Shown in pieces: positions 13,579 to 26,400 of a DNA stretch of 64,000 nt. This DNA comes from Monocercomonoides exilis PA203. Lineage: Eukaryota > Protista > Preaxostyla. How positions within the stretch are numbered: the stretch's first letter is position 1; every line of letters starts with the position of its first letter. Below the pieces are notes generated by a model, which worked only from the letters and a program-made list of their open reading frames with translations, ran no database searches and was not told where the DNA came from. A program made the position numbers and the translations under genes. Where the stretch lies: NCBI GenBank assembly GCA_001643675.2, contig LSRY02000040.1, positions 124,001 through 188,000 on the forward strand. The letters run 5' to 3'.

Positions 13579-14049
13579 TCTGTTTTTTGCAAAAAAATAT
13601 TCAAAAAGAGGTGCAAAGCTTGGCAAATAACAAAATAAAACACAAATACAAACATCGTTGATTATCTTGCAAAATTTTAATGATCGCAACACAAACTGTT
13701 TTGTTTTTGTTATATAAAATGAATTGCAAAAGAAATTGCGAAGAAACCTCAACGATTGGCTGTATGAAGCAAGAAATGGAAAATTTTTGAATCTTTTTGA
13801 TCTAACCAAAAGATATTTCAGATGAAGAAATAGATTTCGATTATCTTTCACATTTTGTGAATTGAGTTTGTTTTTTATTGGAATGAAATTGGATATTTTA
13901 ATCACGCAGATATGTTTATTGTCAGAAAAGAAAAAGAAATAAAGCAATCACATTTCATAAAAGAAAATTCTTTTTCGACTGTTGACAAACAATGCTCAGA
14001 ATGAAAATAATGAAAACAGATGCTTGCATTCTCAATGAATTCTATTTGA

Positions 14050-17000
14050 TTATTTTCTTGTTTTTCAATTTTCAGTTTTCATTCAATATGAATCATCGGA
14101 TTTATGAAGGGGAAAAAAGTTGAAAAATAAAAAAGGAATTGTCGATTCAATTCGAAAATCAGTCAAACAGCAGAAGAACATGGCAAAATGGTTTTGAAGT
14201 GAAATGAGCAAATAATGAAAATTCTTGAAGGTCATCTCCAACATTATGGATGGCAGGACAAATGATTGGTGGAACAGCTTCAATGAATGAAAAACACCTT
14301 TTTCTTTTGTTTTCATCAAACACTTTGGGAAATCAGAAATCCATATGACTTGGATTGAATGGAGATCAGATGAGAAATGTCGTGAATGCAGCTGTTCCAT
14401 GAGAAGCATTCAGGAAGCACAACAATTCAACAATACCTTCAATTGTTCATCAAAGCACAGAAGAAATGAATCAGAGAATTCTGCTGCTCAGCCAAAAGAA
14501 TGAAGAGAGCGGAAGGAAATTCGGATTCATTGCACGAATACTAACTTTTGCACACACTTTTCTCTTCTTTGGAGCAAATCGAAAATTCATCATTGGACTT
14601 CAATGGCTGATGAGAATGAATGGACAATCCTTTTTGAATTCCTCATTTTTCTCTCCTTTTTGTCAGTTCACAGAACAGTCATCAATAAAAATACCTGTCT
14701 TTTCACTCATTTCTCATCTGACACTTTCAGTATGTTTCATCTTCTCCATTGGTTTCTCTGCAAAGAAAATCTCTTATCAAATCATCATCCTCTTTTGCAG
14801 TTGCCGAACGTGCTGAAAAGACACGATCAACAACAACAGCTGCTTCAGTGATGATTGAACGAAAGTTGAACATGCTTTGGGCGAAGCAAAAGAAAGAAGT
14901 TTTTAATGATGAGTTTTTTGAATTCTGTTTATATTGATGGTGATTGTCTGAAGGATTTCTCCTCATCATCAACTTCTTTCATTTTCTTCCTCTCCTTTCC
15001 ATACAATCTTCCTCATCACTTCTTCTTTCTTCACTTGTATTTCTTGAAGCCAATTGGTCGATTTGTTATCAGGATTCTGTTGCCTTCCTCATTGGATCCT
15101 CCAAAGAAGTTGGAGAAGAAGAAGAAAAAGAAAAAGAAGAACCTTTCGAAACAATTGTTGTTGATGAAGAAGGAGAAAAGAAATATGAATTTCATCCGTT
15201 TTTTTATGTTCGGTTTGAATGAATGAGAAGAAACAGAAAAGGACTTCCTTTGCCTTTTTTCTTTCTTCTTCGATATTTCCTTTCAAACAGAAGGATAAAA
15301 TCCCATTTAAAGATTTTGGAAAGAATAACATCGCTCCCCCAAATTTCAGAAAAAGAAGAAAACACTTTGATCATAATCCTTATGCTTTGTTTGATGAAGA
15401 CAGTGATGCAAAAGAAGAGGTAGAAAATGTTGATATTGAAGCCTGTGTCAATCTGTCTGAACAAAGTGCAAATATGACATTTTTTTCGAATAAATTCCTT
15501 CATTCAAAACATTCTCTAATTTTTCTTCCATCTTTCTCAGCTCGTTTCTGCCTTCATCTCAAAATTCCTCTCTTTCTCTTTGACTCATTCATAACAACCA
15601 TCTCCATTTATTCGACATCCCATTCTCCTCTTTTCTTCAATGCAAACATTCCACATTGTTCATCTCATCATCAAATTTGTCTTTCCTCTTTTCAATGAGC
15701 AATCGAACATTCAACATCCAACAACTCATCCATTTTGTGTGCTCTTGAGACAGGGTTTTGTTCCATTCTGTCTGAAATATGGCCATCGATTGTTGACTGA
15801 TCATGACTCATCGATGGCTTGGTTCAGTTGATTTTGCACTTTCATTCTTTGAGGATGCTCAGATGAAAGGAATGAACCTGTTTCTTCGAGGAAACAAGAA
15901 ACATCATTGAAGATGATTGTGTGTTGTCTGATCGTGTGCAAACTGTTTGGCTTGATGAAGTGCATCAATTGCCAAAATTCAACAGAAATGTGGAAGAAGA
16001 AGATGTTTGTCGCAAATGAAATGAAATGAGTCACAAGAACTCTTCACTGGAAGATGAATGGCAAAGGCGAGGAAGAAGTCTCGTTGTGAACAAATGGTCT
16101 TTCATTTGACCACGTTGCATAAGGAAAAAGTAATGAGCGAAAGAACTGAATATGATGAAAAAGAAATAGTTGGCTTTCATTCCAGGTGGTGAGTCAAAAG
16201 TGGAAAAATTGCATTGTTGAGTGGTTGGAAATAAGAAGTACCTCTTCATTTAATAAAAAAATGGACAATCCAATCAATCGAATTGAACAAAAAAGGGAAA
16301 TAAGAAACTTAACTTAACATCAAACACGTTATCTGAATCCCAATAAACAACAAAAAATTTGGCAAACTCACTCCATGTTGCAACACTAAAATATGATAGC
16401 GATTGCATTCAGCCTTTTTGTCCAACAATTCCCTTTCACGAAACAATTGTTCTTCCCATCTGCCAAACAAAAATATCGTCAATGAATATTTCAAAAAAGA
16501 GTGAGAAAAAATCACATAATCTGCAAAAATGCTGCTTGAAATGGATTGTCTCTGAGAATAGCGCTCAACAGAAAAAAGTTGTTGTTTGTTATGGAAAAAA
16601 GATTAAAAAATGTTCATAAAAATTAGTTTTGCATTGTTTACAAAAATTCCTCACAAAAATGCACATGCTCTTCCCATCGCAAATGCAGAGAATTGTCCAA
16701 TCACTGATGCTTTCAATCTCCATTTCCATTGTTTCCCAGTGCTCCTTTCACCATCATCCTTTTTTCCCCTCACAAATATCCTGCTTAAGATATTGCCATC
16801 CACTTTTAAATCGAAAAAAATCTTTTCTTTCCAAATGCTGTCCAATTGTTTGCATTCTTTTTTTTTCAAGACCAATTGCTTTGAAATCGGATTTGTTTTT
16901 CATCCACTGTTCAAGTTGAAAACAAAAAATATGTAATTCCAATCTGATGGTCGTTTCTCACCATCCAACTCGCTTATCATGTAAAGCTCAGCAAAACAAA
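14050..17000. pseudogene. Decayed unidentified coding-like sequence in the cassette spacer (second copy ~34650-37600)
   Basis: Higher GC and codon-like texture with many short overlapping ORFs, interrupted by stops in both copies. No recognisable domain; strand not established. Confidence 0.35.
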
Positions 17001-17544
17001 GGAATGAACATTTATGTTATTAATCAGATTTTTGGGCTCTGAAAAGTCCACAGATGGAAACATCAAAAAATAGATCAAGAATGGTGAAAATATAAAAACA
17101 TTTTAATATTTTCATTCAACAACCGAATTGCTGCATTTCCTTCCATGATTTTTTTATAAAATCATCTCTCTCAATTCCAAAATCAATTCAGAGCCGTCAC
17201 TGTCTCGAACCACCACCAAGCAAAAAAACATCCCACATTCCAAAAGATATACTAATAATCAAACTCTCGTCTTGGGCAAAAAAATCATCATTCGTGTTCA
17301 AAGATAAGAGTCTGATCAAAGAATCCATAACAACAAACCAACAAGGATTAAGTGTTCTTTTTCTCTGCAATTTTTTGCCAAAAGTTCTTGCAAAAAAAAG
17401 AGTGGTTTGAGGAAAGGCATTTCCCTGATAGTTTTGAAAATATTATATTTGTCATTATTTCTCTGCCTCGATTATTCTTTTCATTTGGATTGATAAAAAT
17501 GTTGATATCTTCCGAATGGTGCGTTTTGCAAAAAATCGAAGGAA

Positions 17545-18750
17545 ATGAGCATCACTGAAAAGTTCACTGGTTTGCATCCGTTGCTGCATTTAAATTTTTG
17601 GGAATTGCATTTCTTTCTTTCTTCATAATTTTGAAGCGTTGTTTGATGGACTTGAAGAGTGCGATGAGGAGGAACAAGTGCAGAAAATCAAGGAAATGAA
17701 TGAAATGATTAATGAAATGAATGAAGAAGAATTCAAATCAGTTTTCACAAAAGAACTGTTCGATGAAATGGACGAAATGATTAAAGAAGGGGTAATGAAA
17801 ATTGAAAATGCTTTTTATTTGCTGAAACACCTTGGATATTGCATCTTTTTGAAAGATATGTGGGCTTTTGGTTTTTGGTATTCTTCATTGAACAAAAGAT
17901 TCGAGAAAATGATAATTGACGAATGTTAGAAGAAAGAAGAAGAAAAGCATTTGACTGATCTTTGTGAATGTTATGCTTTGCTAAGCTACAGGTGTTCATA
18001 TGAATTACTTTCAATTGCTGTTCCTTGCCTTCTGAAAGTTGCCTTGATGAAAGAGAGAAACAAAGAGACTCAAATAGAAGTGGAAATAGCTTTACTGGCT
18101 TTGGGCAAAATCGGATATCGGGTTTGAGAACATTTTTCCCATTTTGATATTGTTGAATTGTATTTTCCTCCTTTTTTGCATAGGAAATGAAAAGAGAACT
18201 GTATTTGAATGAAATCAAAGAAATCATCGAATATCATCGAGAACTTCACAGCATCACTCAGCTTGCCTTCCAATCAGCTTGGCAGTTTTTGATAAAAAGA
18301 TTTCACAACGAAGAAAGCTCGGAAGAAGTGATTGTGAATGAAATGCATTTTGTGAGAGAAGCGAGAAGAGAAATCGAAGAACTGACAAGATGCATTGACT
18401 GGAAGAGAAAAGAAGAAGAAAATGGAAGAACAGAAGTGCATATAATCAGGAGATGGCTCTATAATATTGAAGTTTACTTTACCTCGTGCAAATTGTGGAA
18501 CGAAGAACTTGCTGGGTTTTTAGGGAGCATTGTTCAAGTGTTTCGAGCATCAAGGGGCAATCACAAAGATATTCGCAATAGATGCTTCGATATACTTAGA
18601 TGTGCTGCTGAAAAGAGAAATGTGAAAATTGATTGTTTGTTAAAAAATGGGGCCATTGGTGCTGTTTTGGAGGAAATGAATCAATCAACTTTGGATGATG
18701 ATATTTTGTGGAATTGCTTGCTTTTCTTTTTGAGCATTTCACAAAATTGA
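17545..18750 (+). pseudogene. Expanded-family copy C; in-frame TAG and truncated 3' end
   Basis: Short exon 1 (MSITEKFT) then ORF 17639. In-frame TAG at 17927-17929 with family sequence resuming (LTDLCECY). Exon 3 breaks off at LSIS|QN (~18741), ~50 codons short of its paralogs. Confidence 0.8.
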
Positions 18751-19031
18751 AAACTGTTTGCATAAGATTTTTAAATATCCTTTTGTTTTTGATAACCTTG
18801 AAGTGGAACAACCAATGAAAAAAGTCAGGGTCATCTCTTTTTCGGATCTTTTTTCTTTATTGTAACCAAATATTTTTTGGAATGAAAAAAGTTCAAAACA
18901 TGTCAAAAAAATACAAAATTCAAATCAATTATTCTTTTCACTTTTCTTTTTCCATTATCACTTTTGAATTAGTAAAATTCTTCAGATGTTTCATCGTCAT
19001 TGTTCATTAATTCACAAAATGTTCTTTTCAT

Positions 19032-20440
19032 TTATTTCTCCAAAGGCAATTGTTCTTTTTCAATTTCCTTTTCTTTTTCTTCAATTTCTTCAATTTTCAT
19101 CTTGTGTTTTTCATTATATTCATCCCATTCATCAAGAAGCTTTTCTTTTGTTATTTCTTTTCCGAAGAAGTCGAAACAGTGTGGGTAAGAAGGAATGGAG
19201 TAATGAGAAGACTGAGGAAGCTTCATTAGAACTGATCCAGATCCATTGCTGAGGACTCCGCTGTTTATGAAGGCTTTTTTGATCACCGATGGGATGAATG
19301 CTGTGTGAAGGGCTTGTGGCAACACATCTGCAACAGCTGTTCTTTTTGAAGATGAGGAGGTGGATGATGGAGAGCTGTAATTGTTTGAAAGCTCTGACTT
19401 CAACACTGCAAATACGCCTCTGTCCAGCCGCTGCGATATGTGTGTGGTGTGTGGAACGAAGGTGACTACGTCTATTTCGGCTTCCTTGAACTGTCTCCAT
19501 ACCGTTGGATCTGCACGTGATGAGTGTGAATCCAGGAGAAGAAGGAAACGATGAGATTCCTTCAAGATACGTTTTCTTCTGTCAATGATATCCGGCAGCA
19601 GGACTGTTAAAACATATTTTTTGAATGCTGTTATGTCCATCCAGCTATTTGTGTTTGGCCAGATGTCAAGCGATAGTGTTAATTGCGTTTCCAGTTCTTT
19701 CGGAAGATTTGCGCTCTTCCACAGCACGACAGACGGAAGCGAGAAGCCATCAGCAGCGATTCCAGCAACGAGAGTGGCATTCTGCATCCTTTCGGCAGTC
19801 TTTTTGAATCCAGCTCGCTCATCTGCAGGATAAGCAACAACACCACGTGTGGAAGTTGGAATTCGAAGTGAAGAATTATCGACGTTAAAGATTAATTCTT
19901 TGGAATAATTGTTTTCATCGGACAGTACATGCAATTCGTTGTTCCACAAATTCAGATCATTCTTTCGAGATTCAGCTAATAAATTCATATCAACTTTCTT
20001 CGGTGGCAACGAATTCAATTATGGATGATGATTTTTGAAATTGAAAGTGGTCTTCAAAATCACTGTCTTTTTCTTCCACATCTTCCTCATCGTACATATA
20101 AATTTCCATCGAAATACAAATTAATATTAAATTAAAATATCAGTTGCAAACAAGATCGCGCGCTTTTCGTAATGTGAGGCTTGTCCCTGATCGAGATTCT
20201 ATTGTAACTTCTTCTAAGAATTGCTTTTCTTTTTGACAGCTAATTATTGATGCGCACACAACTTTTGCAATAGGCCTGCCGTTTTTTATTGCTTAAACAG
20301 CGTGTTCCAATGACTTCTTGCTTATTCCACCGTATTTGACTCCATCAACCAGTCTGACTGCATTGTCATTCACAATGTGTGCAATCCTTTCCAATCATGA
20401 ACAATATTTCCTGCAACGCAATGTTTTCATTGCTTCCTTC
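19032..20440 (-). mobile_element. pogo/Tc5-like DDE_1 transposase relic
   Basis: ORF 19032-20018 has LIFNVD, NSWMD, LLLLDSHSSR and VPHTTHISQRLDRGVFAVLK (DDxD-type catalytic motifs). Upstream ~20150-20420 encodes a broken HTH-like N-terminus (GISKKSLEHAV*AIKNGRPI). TIRs not identified. Confidence 0.8.
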
Positions 20441-20898
20441 AGCTTTCTATTTCACTGGAAATTTAATATGCATATTGTAGAAATGATTGTTAACAATTAT
20501 TCTTTTTTATTAATTCACGATTGAAAAAATATTCAAATGAAAGCAAGTCAGTTCTAATAAACAGGGGAATATATTTTTTTAAAAAAATACACTTTATTAT
20601 AAATTATTTAATCAATTTGACATTTCTTATCCAAACTTCATTAAATTTTTCAAAAAGAATTTTTATTTTGAAGTGATAATATGAATCATTTCCATTTTCA
20701 TAAAAAATTTAATTGGGTGATTATTTTTGAAATCATGACTTTTTTCGATGTTTTGTATTTTCAAAATCAGTTTATCATTGGGAAAAACTTTTGAATTCGA
20801 ATGCTTTATTTATCACAACTGTTTTCAGAATAAGTGAATCAGCTAAAATAAAGATTAAAATGTCTTCAGTGAAACTTTTCACTCATCAGTAAATATTA

Positions 20899-21276
20899 CA
20901 GTTTGTGCAAAAAATACCGGACAAGATCAATATCTCAATAACCGCAAAAAGAGAAATTCTGATGATTTTCCTCAAATAACATCTCGTCAATACAAACTAA
21001 TATGATATACAAAACTTTCAAAATAGCTTCATTAGTGCTCAGAAAAATATTATCTTTAAAACTCGGAGAAATAGGATTTTGAATTTTTCCGAAATTTTAA
21101 TAATAATTTTTTCTGAGCACAAATGAAGCTATTTTGATTGTTTTGCACAGCAAATAAGTTTGTATTGATGAGATATTTGATGATGAAAATAAACAGAACT
21201 TTTCTTCTTGCGGTTATTGAGATATTGATCTTGTCCGGTATTTTTTTGCGATGTCCGGTATTTTTTGCACAAACTG
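20899..21276. mobile_element. 378-bp fold-back Tc1/mariner-pogo-type MITE
   Basis: TA|CAGTTTGTGCAAAAAATACCGGACA ... TGTCCGGTATTTTTTGCACAAACTG|TA. Palindromic almost to the centre, with a ~21-bp tandem duplication in the right TIR. Confidence 0.85.
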
Positions 21277-21281
21277 TAATT

Positions 21282-21519
21282 GTCTAAATTTTTTTGAAAA
21301 GTTCCATTTGTTTAATTTTCAAAAAATGAAAAATTTAATATTTCGATCAAATTTCTGTTTTCACCCACGAAACCACACCAAAACGGATTCAATAACGTTA
21401 TCAAGGATTTGTTTCAATGACAGCAAAATTTGGTGAGTGGGAACAGAAATTTGATAGAAATATGAAATTTTTTATTTTTTGAAAATTAAACGAATGGAAC
21501 TTTTCAAAAAAATTTTGAC
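21282..21519. mobile_element. ~240-bp fold-back MITE (family also at 29753-29994 and 48100-48339)
   Basis: TTTTTGAAAAGTTCCATTTGTTTAATTTTCAAAAAAT... pairs with ...ATTTTTTGAAAATTAAACGAATGGAACTTTTCAAAAA; AATT on both flanks. Confidence 0.75.
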
Positions 21520-22309
21520 AATTAATGTTAAAATGGAATTCATTAACAGAAATTTTTGAATGAAAAAATATGAATTCAAAAATAATCACCCAATTATCAA
21601 ATTCAAAGTTAGTGATCGCAAAGGTTAAATCTAATTTCCTTTGATAACCTCGCTTTTGTGCAAAAGTTGTAAGAATTGGAGTAAAATTTTTATCAATATG
21701 AAAAAAACTAAGAATTGTACCAAATTTTTTCAACAATCACTTCATCATAAATCAACCTAAACAATGAAAATAATTATTGAAGAATTTTAAAAATTGAGAA
21801 AAATATTTGAAAGAAAAGAATGGAACAGAATTCATAAAGCAAAATATTTCGCCCCAATTATCATTATCGAATAAATTTTTTATATGGGTATTTTGATCAA
21901 ACATTTAAAAATACAAGACTCGATTATCAAAATCATTTTTTGTCATAAAATTTTAAATTATTTAAAACACTTTTCATTTTCCTCATATTCTGTCAAATTG
22001 ACACTTTTTATTTGAAAGAGAAGTTTGCCATAAACATCAGTGTGCATTTTGTTGTTAATCTCTTTGTAGATATTCATTTATCTTTCGTACATCTTTTCAC
22101 TTTATCGATTATGCATGTTAAAGTGAAATACGTCTTACAAAAATGTGAATTTCAGAGAGCGTTGAATCAAAATCTTAATTTATTATCTAATCAGCAATTA
22201 AGTGTTTGCTGGAAAATTAACTTTGCTGTTTAATTTAATAATCGAAATGCTGAATGAATTTTTACTTATTTCAAATGAAATTTAATTTTTTTTCCGATTT
22301 ATTCAATCA

Positions 22310-23404
22310 ATGCTTTTACAAACAAACAAAAAAAAATATTTTTTTTCGAACCAGAGAATTCAAAACTGCAACAAGATTTTTTCAGAATCAAACAGCAAAA
22401 ACGAACAGTTCATTTGCCAAGAAGAAGAAAAAATTGAAAATGAATATCAAAAGAGTGAACGAGCTGAAAACCAAAAAGTGGGAGGAAAAAGTTCTGAAGA
22501 AAAAAGAGGAGGTGATGAAATGAATGGAGGAGATCAGAGAAAGGAAGGTGATCAAGAATCGAGCAGTGGAGATGGAAATGGAGATGACAACAGAAAGAAT
22601 AACGACGATGAAAAGAAAGATAACAACAAAGAAAATGAAGATAATGATGAGGAGGAAGAGGAAGAGGAAGAGGAAGAGGATGAGGATGAGGAAGAGGAAG
22701 AGGAAGAAGAGAGTGAGTTTAGCGACGATTCAACAGAAGAAGAATTTAAAAAGGAATTTTTAGAAGACGCAAAAGAAGCAGAATTTAAACAACAACAAGA
22801 AGAAGAAGCAGAAAAAGTTGAAAAAGATGAAAAAGCAAAAGAAGAAGAAGAAGAAGAAAAGAAAGAGAAAGAGAAAGAGAAAGAGAAAGAGAGAAAGAAA
22901 AAATTAGAAAGAGGGAAAGAGAAAGAGAAAGAAGAAGAAGAAGAAGAAGCAAAAGAAGCAAAAGCAGAGGCAAAAGCAGAATTAAAAGCAGAACTTCTCT
23001 TTGAAGTGAGTGTTTCGCTGCCGAGCGGGCCAGCTTCTTTTCGTGTTTTTGAAGGGGACTGTTTGGAAGAGGACGTGAAGGCGTTTTGCGAGAGGCATTT
23101 TTTGAGTGAGGAGAAAGGGAGGCGGATTAAAGAGGTGGTGGAGAACGCGTTGGGAGGGAGAGGGGGAGAGGGAGGGGGAGGAGAAAGAGAAGGAAGAAGA
23201 GAAGAAAGACAAGGAGGAAGAGGAAGAGGAGAAGAAGGAGAAGAAGGAGGAGAGAGAGGAAGAGAGGGAGAAGGAAGAGAAGAAGAAAGAGAAAGAGACA
23301 ACAAAAAAAACTATTTTATAAGAGACGAACATTCTAATCAACCACTTCATCCTTCGTCGTCATCGTCATCGTCGTCGTCGTCATCATCATCATCATCATC
23401 TTCT

Positions 23405-23436
<32 letters not shown>

Positions 23437-26400
23437 CTCCTCTTCCTCCTCTTCTTCACCTCAGATTTCATCTCGTTTATACTCTTCATCTCCAAGTGCC
23501 ATCAACAAACATTCGACAATCCACAAAATTCAACAGAAAAAACAGGAAAAAACAGAAAAAACCGAAAAAACAATGAAAAATTTGCAAAAACCGTCTTTTT
23601 ATTTCGCTTCGAATATTCCTCGTTTTCCTCCATACACAAATGAAAATTCGATTTATTTCTATGCTTCTTCTTCTCTTTCTTCTTCTTCTTCTTCTCCTTC
23701 TCCTTCTTCTCATTTAAATTCTTCTTCTTCTTCCTCTTCCAATCAACCAAATGAAATTCCAGCTGTTTTTCAGCGTTTATGCGACGACAAACAGAAAAGG
23801 ATGGTCGAAATGGCAATTTTGAGGGGCAAAAGAGAAGAAGAAGAAGAAGAAAAGAAGAGAAAAGAAGAAGAAGAAAGAAAAAATGTGTTTCGAAACGAAA
23901 AATCGGAAGAATTGGCAGAAAGAAAGAGAATCAGAGACGAAGAAGAAATGATAAGATGGATAGAGAAGGAGAAGGAGAAGAAGGAGAAGGAGAAGGAAAA
24001 AGAGAGGGAAAAAGAGAAGGAGAAGGAGAAGAAGGTTTTAGCAGCGAAAAAAGGAAAAGAAGGAGAAAAAGGAAGAAGAGGAAGAAAGGGAAGAGGAAAA
24101 GAGGAAGAAGAAGAAGAAGAAAGAAGAAGAAAAGAAGAAGAAGAAAAAGAAGAAGAAGATTTTCAAGATGATCTTTCTCTTTTGAAGCTGACACCTCTTT
24201 TCACTCAGCGAAGACTGAAAGAAATCGAAGAGAAGAAGCAATTAGCAAAAATGCTGGCTTTGAGAAAAGAAGATGAAGATGATGATAATGTTGGGTTTAA
24301 TTTTGCCGGCAAAAATAATTCCAAAAAACAAGGCGAAACGGGGAATTTTAAAGGAGAAAATAAAAATAAGAATGAAAATGATGAAAAGAAAGACAAAAAG
24401 AAAGAAGAAATGAAAAAGAAGTGGGAAACCCAGAATAAAAAAGAAATTTCTCCGTCGCCGCTAATTCTCCGGTTGTATTTTCACGATATAAACACACAAG
24501 CGGAATGGTTAGCAGCCGAAGAAGCGAAAAAGACGAAGGAAAACGAGAAAGAATTGACATTTCATCCAGTTATTAGCAAAGAGACAGACAGAATTCTTAG
24601 AGAGAAGAGAGAAAGAGAAAGAGAAAGAGAAAGAGAAGAAATGAAGAAGAGAGAAGAAGAAGAAGAAGAAGAAGAAGAAGAAAAGGAAAAAGAAGAAGAA
24701 AGAGAAGGAGAGAGAGAAAGAGAAGAAGAAGAAGAAGAAAAAGAAAAAGAAGAAAATGAAAATAAAGTTGAATTAAAAGAAATAAAAACGCCAAAAAGAC
24801 ATTTGCGAATCTCAATCAACCCAACTCCAATTTCACAGTCGGAAAAATATGTTTCTCCTTCTCCTTCTCCTTCTATTTCTCCGTATTTCTCCGAAACTTC
24901 TTCTTCTGCTTCTTCTTCTTCTTCTTCTTCTCTTTCTCCTTCTTCTTTGAATGTTTTTGACCGACTTTTCATTGAAAGTGCGAAAATTTCAGAGAAAAAA
25001 CAGAAAAAAATTGAAAAAGAAAAAGAAAAAGAGAAGAAAAAAGAGAAGAGAAGAAGAGAAAGATACGAAAAAGAGGTGGAAAGGTTGAAAAGACTGAAAA
25101 AAGCGAATTTTGAGAGGGAAATGAGAGAGAAAGAGAAAGAGAGAGAAAGAGAAGAAGAAGTTTCGGAGAAATACGGAGAAATAGAAGAAGAAAGAGAAGA
25201 AGAATTTTATGAAGAAGAAGAAGAAGAAGAAGAAGAAGAAATAAATCGATATTTGCAATGGAAAGAAAAGCAAAAGAAAGAAAAAGCCGAAATTGAGGCG
25301 GAAAAGCAAGAATTAAGCGAAAGAGAAGAAGAAAGAGAAGGCAAAGCAGAAGAAGAGGCAGAAGAAGGAAGGAAAGAGAGAGAAAGAGGAGAAAGAAGAA
25401 AGAAGAAGAAGAGGATAAGAGAAATGTGGAGTGTGTTGTGGTTGGCGTGTGAAGAAGGGAGAAGAAGAAGAAAGAGAAGAAGAAGAAGAGAAAGAGAAGA
25501 AGAAGAAGGAAAAGAAAGAGAAAGAGAAAGAGAGAAAGAGAAAGAAGAAGAAGAAGAAGAAGAAGAAGAAGAAGAAGAAAATTACAAAAAATCATTTTTG
25601 ATTGATCAAAATTCGATTGAGGTTAATTTGAAGAAGGTGAAAGAAGAAGAAGAAGAAGAAAAGAAAGAGAAAAAGAAAGAGAAAGAGAGAAAGAAAAAAT
25701 TAGAAAGAGGGAAAGAGAAGGAGAAAGAAGAAGAAGAAGAAGAAAGAGAAGAAGAAGAAGAAATGAGCAATTATTCGATTTTGAGCGATTTTTCTACAGA
25801 AACTGAAAGTTTGAATGAATTGAACACACCAAGAGAAGAAAATGAAAGAGAAGAAGAAGAAGAAAAAGAGGAAAGAGAAGAAGAAACTCTTCTTTCTTCT
25901 TCCTTTTCTGATGAATTTTATCCTTTCAAACCACAAAATCACACAAATTCTTCAAAAACTTCGAATTTTTCTCAAAATTTTGAAAATTTTGACAAGAAAT
26001 CGTCTTTTCTTTCTGTCAATTTGATGGATTTTGACCCATTTTCGCTGCTTTTGCTGGACTCTGCTGTTATTCGGGGCCTTCTTCTGATTGTGAGTGATAT
26101 TTTGACAAGTTGTATGCCTAAACAGGAAGCGCAGAACATGCAAAACGTGTCAAAAACGTCAAAAACATCAAGCATGTCAAACAAACAAGCATGTCAAAAT
26201 TGGAAAAATTCGAAGTTTTCGAATAATTTCCAAAAATCTCAAAGTTTTCAACGAAAAATCCGAAGTCAAACGATGAAATTGACACAACTTCCAACAGCAA
26301 CATCGTTTTTGCCATCGCATTTTAAGCAAATTAAGCCGGAAAATGCGAAGCAAATGAAAGAAATTTCAATTCTTTTGAACGAAATCTACTGCGTTTCGTC

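Larger units (their letters stand above)
12050..18740. repeat. Segmental duplication copy 1: head-to-head gene pair (B, C) around a ~4-kb spacer
   Basis: Colinear and same-orientation with ~32700-39615 throughout, e.g. GGATGGCAGGACAAATGATTGGTGGAACAGCTTCAATGAATG and the peptide ERKLNMLWxKQKKEVFNDEFFEFCL in both copies. Confidence 0.9.
20715..21591. mobile_element. ~255-bp GRG-terminated MITE expanded by two nested insertions
   Basis: TIR GGGTGATTATTTTTGAA / TTCAAAAATAATCACCC flanked by AATT on both sides. Its ends match the 31357-31611 element in reverse orientation. Confidence 0.8.

Noticed and set aside
14235-14275. PTLWMAGQMIG as a protein-kinase activation-segment remnant
   Set aside because: Not conserved in the duplicate copy, and no HRD/DFG motifs nearby.
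17927-17929. In-frame TAG/TAA codons as evidence for a TAR=Gln genetic code (known in some oxymonads)
   Set aside because: Intact genes here terminate at TAA and TAG at homologous ends (12120, 39549, 41616), long ORFs lack in-frame TAR, and TGA also interrupts the DIRS pol.
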